DNA of 64,000 bases, taken from positions 1 through 64,000 of IMG/VR virus record IMGVR_UViG_3300046512_000174; one strand, 5' to 3'. This stretch comes from a virus. The translations under genes were made by a program, and so were the position numbers. Below are positions 47,104-56,965 of this stretch, in pieces. Every line of letters begins with the position of its first letter. Position 1 is the stretch's first letter. Under the pieces are notes generated by a model. The model had not been told where the DNA came from. It saw nothing but the letters and a program-made list of their open reading frames with translations, and ran no database searches.

Positions 47104-48039
47104 TTATTTCACCACGTACCAGTACACGCTGCCGTTCGAGGCGCTGACCAAGCGGGCATTCATGTATTGGCGCCCATTCACCGCCTGAGTGGCAACTTCC
47201 TTGGCGCTGGCTTCGCGCATCGCTGCCTCACCGGCCAAGCGAATCCAGTCACCGCTGAGTTTCTGATATTCGATTTTGTACATGTCAGCCTCTACCCGTT
47301 GTTGTTCGCGATCGAACAGTTCGCCGATGGTGCCCTCATTCAGTGGATCCGCAGCGCGCCATTCGATGGCGTCGGCTTCGAATGCAAAGGTGGCGCGGTA
47401 CTGTCGTCCAGCGTAAGCCAACCATTCGCCGCTGTTGGCGATGCGTTCGATGCGGCGGAAGGCTGGTGCTTCTTCGGCCGGCTCGGCAACTGGTGGGGTC
47501 GGTGCCGGGGCATCGCAGGTCATGTCGTAGTGATCGGCGATCAGGGCGATGGCTTCGGTCTTGGTGACCAGCTTCGGGCGGGCACCCACATGCTGTGCAT
47601 TGGTCAGCACCCAAGTGACCCGAGGCGTTGTCCCATTGTATTTGGTGTTGCAGCGCAGCACGCCGGAAGTGACACGGCCGTTCTCACGGTACTCGATGCC
47701 CATGCTGGTGCAGCCGGCTTCTTTGGCATGTTCGAGCATCTGGCCTGCGGTGATTTGAGCAGATTCTTGATGAGTGTTCATGCTTGGCTCAGCTGGTATC
47801 GCTGCTGGCTTGTGCGGGCTATCAATGCGGGCAACCTCTTTACGAGTGCCGCTTTCATCATCGACCTCAACCACGCGAATTGGTGGGCGCATACCGCTGC
47901 AGCTGAAGCGCTCATTCATGCGGTGAACAGCAGCGTTGAAGCCGCGAGGCTTGTCATCGTGCTCCAGCCATTCCGCGTCAACGTCGAACGCTTTGCCGTT
48001 GGAGCCAAACACTTGCTGGGTCTCAATGCGGTATTTCAT
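47104..48039 (-). CDS. Multi-module hypothetical protein (first gene of leftward array)
   Basis: AGGGA SD, 311 aa with Pro/Ala linkers. Confidence 0.65.
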   Translation of the reverse strand: MKYRIETQQVFGSNGKAFDVDAEWLEHDDKPRGFNAAVHRMNERFSCSGMRPPIRVVEVDDESGTRKEVARIDSPHKPAAIPAEPSMNTHQESAQITAGQMLEHAKEAGCTSMGIEYRENGRVTSGVLRCNTKYNGTTPRVTWVLTNAQHVGARPKLVTKTEAIALIADHYDMTCDAPAPTPPVAEPAEEAPAFRRIERIANSGEWLAYAGRQYRATFAFEADAIEWRAADPLNEGTIGELFDREQQRVEADMYKIEYQKLSGDWIRLAGEAAMREASAKEVATQAVNGRQYMNARLVSASNGSVYWYVVK

Positions 48040-48077
48040 GGTCGTTTCCCTGTTCGGTTGATTGCTTGGATGGGTGA

Positions 48078-48106
48078 ATCATACGGCGTTACTCAAATTT
48101 GATCAA
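48078..48106 (-). promoter_or_regulatory. Early promoter with palindromic operator
   Basis: TTGATC-N17-TATGAT, palindrome TTACTCAAATTTGATCAA 48089-48106. Confidence 0.8.
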
Positions 48107-48339
48107 TGCCATTGTGATAACAATTCGTTCTAAGCCAAAAGCCACCCGCTGCGGGCAGGCATATGCCCTCACGGCCTGACCGCGCCGCCGAACGGACACA
48201 TTTGCACATAACTCAAAAAGTTCCGCGTCCAAAATGGCGAACCGACGACCTGACCGCCACGGTCACCCGCCAGCCGACCCCCTCGCGCACCCAAAACGGA
48301 ACCCCTCGCCATGGGTGGATTGCGGTCGATTTGAGGGTG

Positions 48340-48870
48340 CTGGTCACCAAAAAGGAGCGGTTACCGGGACGGTTTTTGGTGGTAACCGGTTACCGGAACA
48401 GCAAAGGTAACCATGCTCAGATATGAGTAAGCACACCTGTAAATGCTGGGTAGTTACCGGCAAAGTTACCACCTGTTACCCCTATCCGGTTACCTTTGAT
48501 GCAGTTACCTCGAAACCACCTGCAATTGCTGGGGTAACCGATTTGCGGTTACCGCCGGTTACGCCGCGTATTTGATGATTGCGCAAGCAATATAAGGGGT
48601 AACCGAGGCATGTCAGTTTTGCGGTAACCGGGTAACCCGGATCGAAAGCAAATATAAATTAACCCTCGGAAATATCATCCCCGACATCACCCCCTACAAC
48701 CCCCTCCAAAAAATACACGGTTATATATATCCAGTTACTGGTTACCTTGACCCTTATTATTATTATTTATTGAGTATCTAGTGATATATATAAAGGGCTT
48801 TTTGGGGTAACCAGAAAGGTAACCAAGGGGTAACCCGACCGCTTTTCCGGGGTTACCCGGTTACCTCTGG
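48340..48870. repeat. Putative replication origin: about 22 GTTAC/GTAAC iterons in both orientations around an AT-rich tract
   Basis: GGTTACC/GGTAACC/AGTTACC copies counted by eye, AT-rich 48650-48795, non-coding, at strand divergence. Confidence 0.7.
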
Positions 48871-49047
48871 AAAAATGCGGGGTAGCAGCGTGCCATTGTG
48901 TTGCACAGGGTTGCGTGCAATCGCTGAATGGTTAATCATTCTTGGGGTACACCGACCATCCCGACGAACGGTGATTGGATCCGTTAGCGCAGCCCAAGAG
49001 ATAACCGTATGATCGCCGGCAATCCCATTGACCCGCAGGTGGCTGTG

Positions 49048-49590
49048 ATGCAATCGAATTCGATTGAGTACTTCACGTATCCCGAGCTGCCTGATCGTCC
49101 GATGTTCGAGTGCGCAGCACTCAGGGCAACCCTGCAAGTCGAGCGCTGTGCAGGGATGTGGACCGAGGCTAATGGGAAAAACCCACCAGAACGTCTGGCC
49201 AAGTGCAGGAACTGTCCGATCGGCGCGCTGCATGCCGGGGAAGTGGAGTTCGACGTGTCAGTGCTGCGGGGAACCGGGATCTGTTCTCGGTGCCACCGGG
49301 GCGGCATGCGGTTGATCGGCGGTGACATCTGCGTCAGCTGCTGGAACAGGGCTCGCGAAGTCATCGTCGGACGCAATGCCAAGGGCAAACCGCCCAAGAT
49401 TCACCCGCCGCTGGCACCACGGTCGATCACCGTCCGGTCAGGCGGCCAGAACATCACGATCAAACGTGAGCACTCGGTCAGCACCGATGAGCTGGTGGTG
49501 GCCGGTTTGAGAGATTGCACCCGGCAGGTTCTGTTCGGATTCAGTGCAACGAGAAAGGTTCCTATTTGCGTCCAAGGGGAGTTGTTCTGA
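49048..49590 (+). CDS. Cys-rich zinc-finger protein
   Basis: C..C, CRNCPIG..H, CSRC...CVSC, ends QGELF. Confidence 0.65.
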   Translation: MQSNSIEYFTYPELPDRPMFECAALRATLQVERCAGMWTEANGKNPPERLAKCRNCPIGALHAGEVEFDVSVLRGTGICSRCHRGGMRLIGGDICVSCWNRAREVIVGRNAKGKPPKIHPPLAPRSITVRSGGQNITIKREHSVSTDELVVAGLRDCTRQVLFGFSATRKVPICVQGELF

Positions 49591-49991
49591 TGGAAGAAAT
49601 TAAAAATTGCGCGAATTCTCAGAATCCGAGCAGCATCGTCGACTTCGATGCCGAAAAACGTGCGCGCGAGGCTAAGTCTGACCAATCTGCGCAAGAACCA
49701 GTCTTCACGCTCATGCCGCACATCTGCCGACACTGCTTCGGCCGATTGGCGAGCCGTTTGAACGATGGGCTTCAGGAGTACCGCTGCACGAATTGCGAGA
49801 CGGTGACCGTGGCCCTTTCGCATGAGGAGGCCTGCTGCTGCGGGATGAAGATCCGCAAGCGCAACGGCGCCGGCCGCAGTGGTGGCCCGATGGTCGATGC
49901 AGGGATCCGCTGCATCCCAAACCCCGAGAAAAGTCCAGCATTTCCAAGCGCTTACGTCGCTTGCGAGGTGGTCAAAATCAAGCGACCCTGA
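49590..49991 (+). CDS. Cys-rich zinc-finger protein
   Basis: CRHCFGR...CTNC...CCCG. Confidence 0.65.
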   Translation: MEEIKNCANSQNPSSIVDFDAEKRAREAKSDQSAQEPVFTLMPHICRHCFGRLASRLNDGLQEYRCTNCETVTVALSHEEACCCGMKIRKRNGAGRSGGPMVDAGIRCIPNPEKSPAFPSAYVACEVVKIKRP

Positions 49992-50116
49992 TTCGCAATC
50001 AGGGCATCTGCAACAAAAAACCCTTATAAATCAACGTCATTCCGTGCGCCGCTGGATTCTAGGGCGCACATAGGGCGCAGACCTTTTTCGCTTAACCCAG
50101 CGCATTTGCTAAGGCA

Positions 50117-50134
50117 TTGATCATATTTGATTGA
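50117..50134. promoter_or_regulatory. Degenerate palindromic operator
   Basis: TTGATCATATTTGATTGA upstream of 50178. Confidence 0.55.
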
Positions 50135-50177
50135 TATACTTGCACCCTTCGCTGCACTCACGATTCGGGGGAACACC

Positions 50178-50606
50178 ATGGATTCATCACCGCAACCACG
50201 CCTGCCAGTTGTGTACATCGCCGGGCCTTACCGCGCCGCGACGCAAGCCGGCATCGAGCTGAACATCCAAGCCGCTCGGTCGATAGGCCTGCAAGCCATT
50301 CGACGTGGCTGGTCGCCGATCATTCCGCACTGCAACTTCGCGCAGCTGGATCTGGTCGACCCGGCCATTGGCGACAGTTTCTGGCTGGCCGCGACCATGG
50401 AGCACATGCGCCGGGCCGACGTGGTGCTGCTGGTGCCGGGCTGGGAGAATTCGACCGGCACTCAGGCCGAGGTGCGGGAAGCGAACCGCTGGAATATTCC
50501 GGTGTTCGGATCGCTCCGCCAGCTGCCGGACGCCACCGAGTACATGGCCGACTGTGAAAAAATCAACACTGTTCGCCGCGTCGTGATGGCAGGTTCGCCC
50601 ACATGA
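50178..50606 (+). CDS. DUF4406/DUF1937-like nucleoside deoxyribosyltransferase-fold protein
   Basis: VYIAGPY...PIIPH...ADVVLLVPGWENSTG...E..EA. Confidence 0.75.
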   Translation: MDSSPQPRLPVVYIAGPYRAATQAGIELNIQAARSIGLQAIRRGWSPIIPHCNFAQLDLVDPAIGDSFWLAATMEHMRRADVVLLVPGWENSTGTQAEVREANRWNIPVFGSLRQLPDATEYMADCEKINTVRRVVMAGSPT

Positions 50607-51937
50607 ACCAGACCGAACTCCCATACCGACTGCACCTCGGCGACTGCCTCGAAGTCTTGCGCTTTCTGCCGGATAACTCGGTCGACAGCGTCGTGACCGA
50701 TCCGCCGTATGGCATTCGGTTCATGGGCAAGGCGTGGGATGGCAAGGACATCGAGGAGCGCACTGCGCACCGCGCCGGGATGCCATCGCACGACGCTGCA
50801 TGCGGCGAAACCGGTGGCCATCGGTCGGTCGCCGCCGAAGCGGGCAAGTACGACCTGACCCCGGACGGCATGAGGGCTTTTCAGGCCTTCACGTTGGAAT
50901 GGGCATCGGAGTGCTTGCGGGTTCTCAAGCCCGGCGGCCACCTGCTGTCGTTCGCCGCCGCCCGGACCTATCACCACATGGCGGTCGGGATCGAAATGGC
51001 TGGCTTCGAGATCCGCGACCAGATCATGTGGGTGTTCGGCTCAGGCTTTCCGAAGTCGCACAACCTCAAGGGCGATCGCGCTGGATGGGGAACTGCGCTC
51101 AAGCCAGCACACGAACCGATCTGCATGGCGCGAAAGCCTCTGATCGGCACGGTGCTGGCAAACGTCGCGGCGTTCGGGACTGGCGCGTTGAACATCGACG
51201 CCTGCCGGATCCAGACTGGCGACAACCTGAACGGTGGCGCCTACGTCGACGGCGGTCGCAAGTCGGTCTCGGATTCGCTGCGTCAGGGCAGCGGCATGAA
51301 CGCCGTTGGCTCATCGGCGGGCGAATACGTCCAGCCATCAGGTCGATGGCCAGCCAACCTGATCCACGATGGCTGTCCAGAGGTGGTGGCGATGTTCCCC
51401 GCCGAGGCCGGCGCATCCGCTCCGGTCAAGGGCACCGAGCCAACCGCCAACGGATTCAGTGGTGCGGTTTCCTACAGCGGAATGCGCGAGCGCGTCGAGG
51501 GTGCATTCCACGGTGACAGCGGCAGTGCCGCACGGTTTTTCTACTGCGCCAAGACCAGCCGACGCGATCGCAACGAGGGGCTGGTCGATCCCGGGCCGCA
51601 GTTCAAGCGCGGCACCACGCTGCGAAAGGTCGAGAACACCGACACCAAGGGCAACAACCATCCGACCGTCAAGCCTACCGACCTGATGGCGTACCTGCTG
51701 CGACTGGTCACGCCGGTTGGCGGCACCACGCTCGATCCGTTCCTCGGCAGTGGTAGCACCGGCAAGGCCGCGATGCTCGAAGGTTTCGAGTTCATCGGGA
51801 TCGAAAAGGAAGCGCCGTACATGGCCATCGCCAGCGCTCGGATCCGTCACGCTCACGCAGCCGCCGTCACCGCTGCCGATCTGGCGGACGCTGTCGCCAA
51901 CCCGGTGCAAGCCGACCTGTTTGGGTTGCTGGCATGA
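50603..51937 (+). CDS. DNA amino-methyltransferase (beta class, N6-A/N4-C)
   Basis: VTDPPY before HPTVKP and DPFLGSGST. Confidence 0.92.
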   Translation: MNQTELPYRLHLGDCLEVLRFLPDNSVDSVVTDPPYGIRFMGKAWDGKDIEERTAHRAGMPSHDAACGETGGHRSVAAEAGKYDLTPDGMRAFQAFTLEWASECLRVLKPGGHLLSFAAARTYHHMAVGIEMAGFEIRDQIMWVFGSGFPKSHNLKGDRAGWGTALKPAHEPICMARKPLIGTVLANVAAFGTGALNIDACRIQTGDNLNGGAYVDGGRKSVSDSLRQGSGMNAVGSSAGEYVQPSGRWPANLIHDGCPEVVAMFPAEAGASAPVKGTEPTANGFSGAVSYSGMRERVEGAFHGDSGSAARFFYCAKTSRRDRNEGLVDPGPQFKRGTTLRKVENTDTKGNNHPTVKPTDLMAYLLRLVTPVGGTTLDPFLGSGSTGKAAMLEGFEFIGIEKEAPYMAIASARIRHAHAAAVTAADLADAVANPVQADLFGLLA

Positions 51938-52302
51938 ACGCCTGCAGCTGGATTCATGACGTCGTCACGCTGGCCGATGGCCGCAAGATCGCCAGCAACA
52001 GCGAAGAGTGGCGCGCAGAATGTGAGGCGCGCCACGTCCTGCGTATGAACCACACCGCGCGCACTGAATTCATGACCTTCATCGAACAGCGACGTGGCGC
52101 AGCTGCTGCCGAAAGCCTTCGCGCCTGCATCGAGGCGACCGAACCGGCCTACGTGCTGGAGCTGCCGAACAAAGCCCAGCGCAACGCCTATTTGCGCACG
52201 GTCGAGCTGAATCAGGGCGAGAACGCATCCGAGCACCTGCGCAACCGCTGCATGGACCTGCATGGCAAGCGTGAAGCCGCTTGTGCGGTGTCTGCCGCGT
52301 AG
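51934..52302 (+). CDS. Hypothetical protein
   Basis: SEEWRAECEAR motif, ATGA overlap. Confidence 0.7.
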   Translation: MNACSWIHDVVTLADGRKIASNSEEWRAECEARHVLRMNHTARTEFMTFIEQRRGAAAAESLRACIEATEPAYVLELPNKAQRNAYLRTVELNQGENASEHLRNRCMDLHGKREAACAVSAA

Positions 52303-52352
52303 CGCATAATTGAGCAATGACGCCGTGATCCCCACGGCTTTATGGTGATCCT

Positions 52353-52766
52353 ATGAACGTATTTGAATTCATGAGTAAGCATCCGATCCTTACCGTCATC
52401 CTGACCCTGATCATCTGTGGCAGCATCAGCGACGCGTTTCGGGATGTGATCAGTGTCGGGTGGTGCCAATGATCATCCCAGTGTTTGCCCTGATGTTCTT
52501 GGCCCAGCACATTCTGCGCGGACCGCGCCGGTGAGACTGCAAGTGATGGCCGTCACCGGTCACTTCCAGTACGCGTGGACGAACGTGCAGAACATTCGAT
52601 CCGGCTACCTGCGTGCCCAGCGCTGCAATGATCCCGGTAAAGACCTGCCGTACAGCCGCATTCGGTGGAAAAAATGAAAATCCTTGTCCTGCTGTACGCG
52701 CTGGATCTGCCGATTGAGTTCGAGATCCGCCGCCACCTGCTGCTGCGTATCCGGGGGCTTCGATGA
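52353..52766 (+). CDS. Chain of four coupled microprotein ORFs (52353-52472, 52469-52534, 52531-52677, 52674-52766)
   Basis: Each overlaps the next by ATGA/GTGA, three are hydrophobic. Confidence 0.5.
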
Positions 52767-53056
52767 GCCTGACCGGTCGCACGCGCTACCGCACCGGCTG
52801 GTTCGGCTGGATCATCCTGCAGGTCGAAGAAACAGCGCTTCAAGCACATGAAGGCACCGAAGGCCGTGGCACCGACTGGCTGCCAACGGGCCGTAAGTGG
52901 CGAGACGCCAAGACCGAAGACTTTACCGAGTCCAGTGTCCGTCCGCTCTTTCGTGATGCTCCAATGCCCTACCCGGGCCAGCGCCCACAAACCGAACGCC
53001 GACCGCTGCCAGATATGGTTCCACCGGCACCGCCCGCCCCACCAACCGGACGATAG
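52763..53056 (+). CDS. Hypothetical protein
   Basis: LTGRTRYR.GWFG.IILQVE...WRDA..ED motif. Confidence 0.7.
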   Translation: MSLTGRTRYRTGWFGWIILQVEETALQAHEGTEGRGTDWLPTGRKWRDAKTEDFTESSVRPLFRDAPMPYPGQRPQTERRPLPDMVPPAPPAPPTGR

Positions 53057-53061
53057 ACCAC

Positions 53062-53253
53062 ATGACCCAACCGACCACGATGAAACGCCTGTACGCCGAC
53101 GATGGCAGCTACGCCGGTGTTTGCGCCGTCACCGCTGATGATCGCATTGCTCAGATGTTCCGCTATCGCCCGGGCGTCCGAATGGAGCTGACCCGCATGT
53201 CCATGGCCGTGCGCCTTGGGATCACCCGTATTCTTCTGGAGCGTCGCGCATGA
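53062..53253 (+). CDS. Hypothetical protein
   Basis: Packed, ATGA overlap. Confidence 0.55.
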   Translation: MTQPTTMKRLYADDGSYAGVCAVTADDRIAQMFRYRPGVRMELTRMSMAVRLGITRILLERRA

Positions 53254-53732
53254 GCGTTATGAAAACCGAGGTGTTCGAAACCCTTAATCAGCGGATCATC
53301 GTCGAGACGCCCGTGGTCACCCGCGAGCAGCTGCAAGCCGCGCTGAGCTGCTTCGTGGGGCGACTGGTTACACCAGAGCTTCAAAGGGATATGCAGGTTA
53401 CGGTCACTATGCTGCTCGCGCCTAAGATCACCATCGAGGAATGCTTGCCACGGAGCAGCCTGTTGATCCAGCTGCCGCTCTACCAGCACATCTCGGTCGG
53501 CCATCGGCAAGTACGCGCGCTGAAGGTATCCGCTGTCATCCCGAACCCGCGCGGCATCGAACTGCACTTCGAGAACACCCGCTACGCGCCGATTCAGGTT
53601 TCCAACCGCTGGAACATCGACTGGGCGCCAGAGCCGGGTGGCTACTACGGCCATGCTGAGAATGGCGAGCCGTTCTACATGGGCGCCGATGGCTTCAAGG
53701 AAAACTACACCATGATCGAGGTCGGCGCATGA
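53250..53732 (+). CDS. Hypothetical protein
   Basis: H.QVRALK...PEPGGYY...F.ENYT module. Confidence 0.65.
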   Translation: MSVMKTEVFETLNQRIIVETPVVTREQLQAALSCFVGRLVTPELQRDMQVTVTMLLAPKITIEECLPRSSLLIQLPLYQHISVGHRQVRALKVSAVIPNPRGIELHFENTRYAPIQVSNRWNIDWAPEPGGYYGHAENGEPFYMGADGFKENYTMIEVGA

Positions 53733-53986
53733 ACCTGTCCCGCGTGCTCGACATCCTGATCCCGCGCTTCATGACCGAGGACGCAGCGGCTGATCTCCAC
53801 TTCTGCGATCACTGCAACAAGCCGCACCCGCAACCAGTCTGCTCGATGAAGGATATCGAACCCGGCGAGGTCTTCGCGGGCATCATGACCGTGCGGTTCT
53901 TCAACCTGTTCGGCCTGTCGCTGTTCCCGCGCTTCGACGGCGTGATGCGACCATGGGTCAACCCCCACGACAAGGCTGAGCCCTGA
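53729..53986 (+). CDS. Hypothetical protein
   Basis: GAGG SD, overlap. Confidence 0.6.
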   Translation: MNLSRVLDILIPRFMTEDAAADLHFCDHCNKPHPQPVCSMKDIEPGEVFAGIMTVRFFNLFGLSLFPRFDGVMRPWVNPHDKAEP

Positions 53987-54423
53987 TGGCGAACATTGAC
54001 GAAATCCGGCAGGACCGGTCGGCCGACCGCGACGCCATTCAAGCACAGATGGATGACTACCTGCGCAATGGCGGCATGATCAGCAAGGTGGACTGGGCCG
54101 GCAACGTTGTCGGCTTTGCCAGCGAGACACCATCCGGACCTCGCCCGATTCCGAAGGGCATGAACTTCAATCCGCCGATCAATAGCGATCGAACGGCGAA
54201 GCTCGCTCCCACAGTGCCAGCCCCGGCCAGCAAGGCTTTGCCGGTCAAAAAGGTCGAGTTCGCTCCCACAGTGGAAATCGCACCGGCGCCGGTCACTCGC
54301 CGGGTGAAGCCAGCGCCGACCTCCACCGTCATCGATATCGTGCCCGAGCTGCGCCGCATCCGCGCTGACGCCGAGCGCGCACTGGCTCGGCTGAACGCCG
54401 CTGCCGAAAGGCGAACCGCGTGA
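53986..54423 (+). CDS. Hypothetical protein
   Basis: I.AQMDDYLRNGG.I N-terminal module, Pro-rich linker. Confidence 0.6.
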   Translation: MANIDEIRQDRSADRDAIQAQMDDYLRNGGMISKVDWAGNVVGFASETPSGPRPIPKGMNFNPPINSDRTAKLAPTVPAPASKALPVKKVEFAPTVEIAPAPVTRRVKPAPTSTVIDIVPELRRIRADAERALARLNAAAERRTA

Positions 54424-54536
54424 CAACCCTGACCAGTGATCAGGGTGTCAGAGGCGCAAACACCCGCAGACGCTGACCGCCTGCGTACACACCGACAGTT
54501 CGGGCGCCATAAGGGCGCGAAGCCATGGAGAACCGC

Positions 54537-54713
54537 ATGATCGAGACACCTGAAAACTGGGAGGTACTGGCCAAGTCGCTGAGCGATCCGCGCGCCAACC
54601 ACCAGTGCAAGACCTGCAGCGGCAAGGGCATTCACAAATGCCCCGGCTCGAAACCGGCACCAGTTCGCTCGGTCGCCGATCATGAGGAACTGCTGGCCAA
54701 GGCCGATCGATGA
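54537..54713 (+). CDS. Small zinc-finger protein
   Basis: GGAG SD, CKTCSGKG.H.C. Confidence 0.55.
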   Translation: MIETPENWEVLAKSLSDPRANHQCKTCSGKGIHKCPGSKPAPVRSVADHEELLAKADR

Positions 54714-55006
54714 GCAGCGTATTCCACGGCGAGCCGGGCGGCCATGCCCGGTCTGTGCGCGACGTCACCTTCGGAACACCGAAGCGGCCATCGACCGGCA
54801 ACCAGAAAGGGCACAAGCCGCTGCTGACCGACGCGGAAATCCTTGAGATGCGTGCGCTCAGTGAATTCTCCGGCTGGACTCGCGAGCAGCTGATGGCTCG
54901 TTTCGTCGTCGATTACGACATGGTGTACCGCGTGCTGTCGGGCGTGACCCGGTCGCGCTTGGTCGCCACCCGCAAACACCTACCGAAGAATCTGGAGTCC
55001 GCATGA
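54710..55006 (+). CDS. Putative HTH DNA-binding protein
   Basis: LTDAEILEMR...TREQLMARF.V...V.RVLSG.TR. Confidence 0.6.
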   Translation: MSSVFHGEPGGHARSVRDVTFGTPKRPSTGNQKGHKPLLTDAEILEMRALSEFSGWTREQLMARFVVDYDMVYRVLSGVTRSRLVATRKHLPKNLESA

Positions 55007-55275
55007 TCGACAAAGAGCTGTCGCTGATCGTTTACCCGGTTGAACTGGGTGAGGATCCGCCATTCTGGGTGGCTGAGTCTCAGCACTTCAAGTACCTGCA
55101 CCCGCTCGACGGCAAGGAGGAGGCTTTCCGCTTTCAGCAGAAGGGCGCCAGCGCAGAGGAGGCGCGTGAGAAGGCGCAGAAGCAGCTGGACTGGTTCAAT
55201 GGCGATCGAGGTCACTGCATCACCGAGATCGAAGACTTCACCGCCGAGCAGCTGGCCAAGGTGACGCCGGTATGA
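55003..55275 (+). CDS. Hypothetical protein
   Basis: GGAG SD, overlaps. Confidence 0.6.
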   Translation: MIDKELSLIVYPVELGEDPPFWVAESQHFKYLHPLDGKEEAFRFQQKGASAEEAREKAQKQLDWFNGDRGHCITEIEDFTAEQLAKVTPV

Positions 55276-55577
55276 GCCAAAGAGCGGAGTACCTCGACTA
55301 TGCGACTCTGGACAGCGGAATGATGCATCGCGTGCGGGTGCGCGCCGAGACCGTCGATATCGGTGAAGCGAAGGACGTTCCTTGCGGCCCGGTAGCTGTC
55401 GCCCTGACCCACTTGAACTACGGCTGGTATTCGTGGCGCCAGAAAGCCGAGTTCGGATTCATGCGACTGGTGCGCCGCAAGCCTCTCGCGGCACAAACGG
55501 CCGCACTCATCTCGCACGACCGGATTCTCAACGGTCAGATCGCGTCGCGCGGGCTGGTGGATTTTTACATCACCTGA
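55272..55577 (+). CDS. Hypothetical protein
   Basis: ATGA overlap. Confidence 0.6.
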   Translation: MSQRAEYLDYATLDSGMMHRVRVRAETVDIGEAKDVPCGPVAVALTHLNYGWYSWRQKAEFGFMRLVRRKPLAAQTAALISHDRILNGQIASRGLVDFYIT

Positions 55578-55682
55578 TACGGAATCAGGGCGTCAGCCTG
55601 CTGTGCGATCAATAGACACTGATGGCTTAAACGCTGAACTTCACTTCGGGCGCCAACCGGGCGCAAAAATCAAGGGGTATGC

Positions 55683-56495
55683 ATGAACACTAAAGATAAT
55701 CTGAACACCGCTTCGATGCTCGGCAACACCATCGCCGGGCTACTGGTGATTTCCACCAACAACAGCGCGGCAGTGCAAACGGCAGTCGGTGATTTGATCG
55801 TTGCCATGGCAGCCAAGGCCCGAGGTCTGCTGAATGGCGATCAGCTGGAATTATCCATTCCGGATGGCCGGCCGGGCCGCGCCTACGATGCCGCTGCCGC
55901 GCAATGCCCTGAAGCCAAAGAGCAGCAGGTCGCTGCGGGCGCGGAATGTGCGAAATGCGGACAGGTCGATGCTGGACAAACCGGCGAGTACCCTTGCGCC
56001 GATTGCGGCTTGCCAAAAACGCACGACTCCGACTGCTCGACCAACAATCGCGGTGTGCCGGAACTGCTCGGCAAGTGCGACTGCTCGATCGCGCCGTGTG
56101 AGCACAATGCCCCTGCTTCCGACTGCCCGTGCGCGAGCGAGTCGACGCGCAATCTTGGGCGCCCTCACAACCTCAACTGCAACTTCGAGCACTTCCTCGC
56201 TTACACGGGCCTCATGAATGAGTCGCCTGAGATCATCGCCAAGGTCAAGCTCGGTTACGCTGATCAGTGGCGCGCATGCGTGCAGCTCACCGAGCTGGAG
56301 TCTGCTCTCAATCAAACAGCGCCGATCGCCACCATGCGGACGGCTGTGACAGAACATCTGCGGCGTGGTTTTGCTGATGGTCACATCGACCATGTCGTTC
56401 GCGTTGTGTCCGACTCGGCCGGCAGCACCGAGTTTTATATCCGTCCGCTGAAGGGCTCTGGCGAAACCACCCAGTTCGTCGTCCTCAACGACTGA
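55683..56495 (+). CDS. Cys-rich multi-module hypothetical protein
   Basis: AAGGGG SD, GQTGEYPC..CG.P..HDSDC...CDC. Confidence 0.65.
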   Translation: MNTKDNLNTASMLGNTIAGLLVISTNNSAAVQTAVGDLIVAMAAKARGLLNGDQLELSIPDGRPGRAYDAAAAQCPEAKEQQVAAGAECAKCGQVDAGQTGEYPCADCGLPKTHDSDCSTNNRGVPELLGKCDCSIAPCEHNAPASDCPCASESTRNLGRPHNLNCNFEHFLAYTGLMNESPEIIAKVKLGYADQWRACVQLTELESALNQTAPIATMRTAVTEHLRRGFADGHIDHVVRVVSDSAGSTEFYIRPLKGSGETTQFVVLND

Positions 56496-56536
56496 TCAAC
56501 CCAGCGCCACGGACGGCGCACCACCGAGGCTTCACC

Positions 56537-56923
56537 ATGACCCCTGTTGAATTCTGTTACTGGCTTCGCGGCTCGACCGAGATGCACCCGGTCGCACAAC
56601 CAACCCCTGAGCAATGGGCAATGATCCGCGAGCACGCTGGTCTGGCGACATCTGACCTCAGCCCGGCGCCGATCAGCATTGCGTGCGATCGGTTCGCGCA
56701 GTGGATCCACGGATTCGCGCAACTGGCCATCGAAGGCCCCAGCCCAGATCAGTGGCTGATCATCCAAGAGCGGCTGCGTCAGGTATTCATCAAGGTTACA
56801 TCGACGCCTGCATTCCGGCTCGACAATAGTGGGCTGCGCACGCTGGAGCTTCGGCAAGAAGACCGAATTGCCGAATTGCTTCGCGAACAGAACTATCCGC
56901 TGCTGCACACCGCCACCTGCTGA
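56537..56923 (+). CDS. Hypothetical protein with internal duplication
   Basis: FCYWLRG...PTPEQW..IREH and FAQWIHG...PSPDQW..IQER. Confidence 0.7.
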   Translation: MTPVEFCYWLRGSTEMHPVAQPTPEQWAMIREHAGLATSDLSPAPISIACDRFAQWIHGFAQLAIEGPSPDQWLIIQERLRQVFIKVTSTPAFRLDNSGLRTLELRQEDRIAELLREQNYPLLHTATC

Positions 56924-56965
56924 CCACCATCGCCGGCCCATCCGTGGCCGGCCTTCCCCTGCGTC

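Noticed and set aside
48163-48426. 87-aa ORF in the origin region
   Set aside because: No SD, runs through iterons, low-complexity composition.
48340-48870. CRISPR array
   Set aside because: Repeats are 5-7 bp, irregularly spaced and in both orientations. No cas genes.
55610-55645. Hammerhead ribozyme (CTGATG...GAA)
   Set aside because: Core reads CTGATGG and GAAC, not CUGANGA and GAAA, and the flanking stems do not fit.
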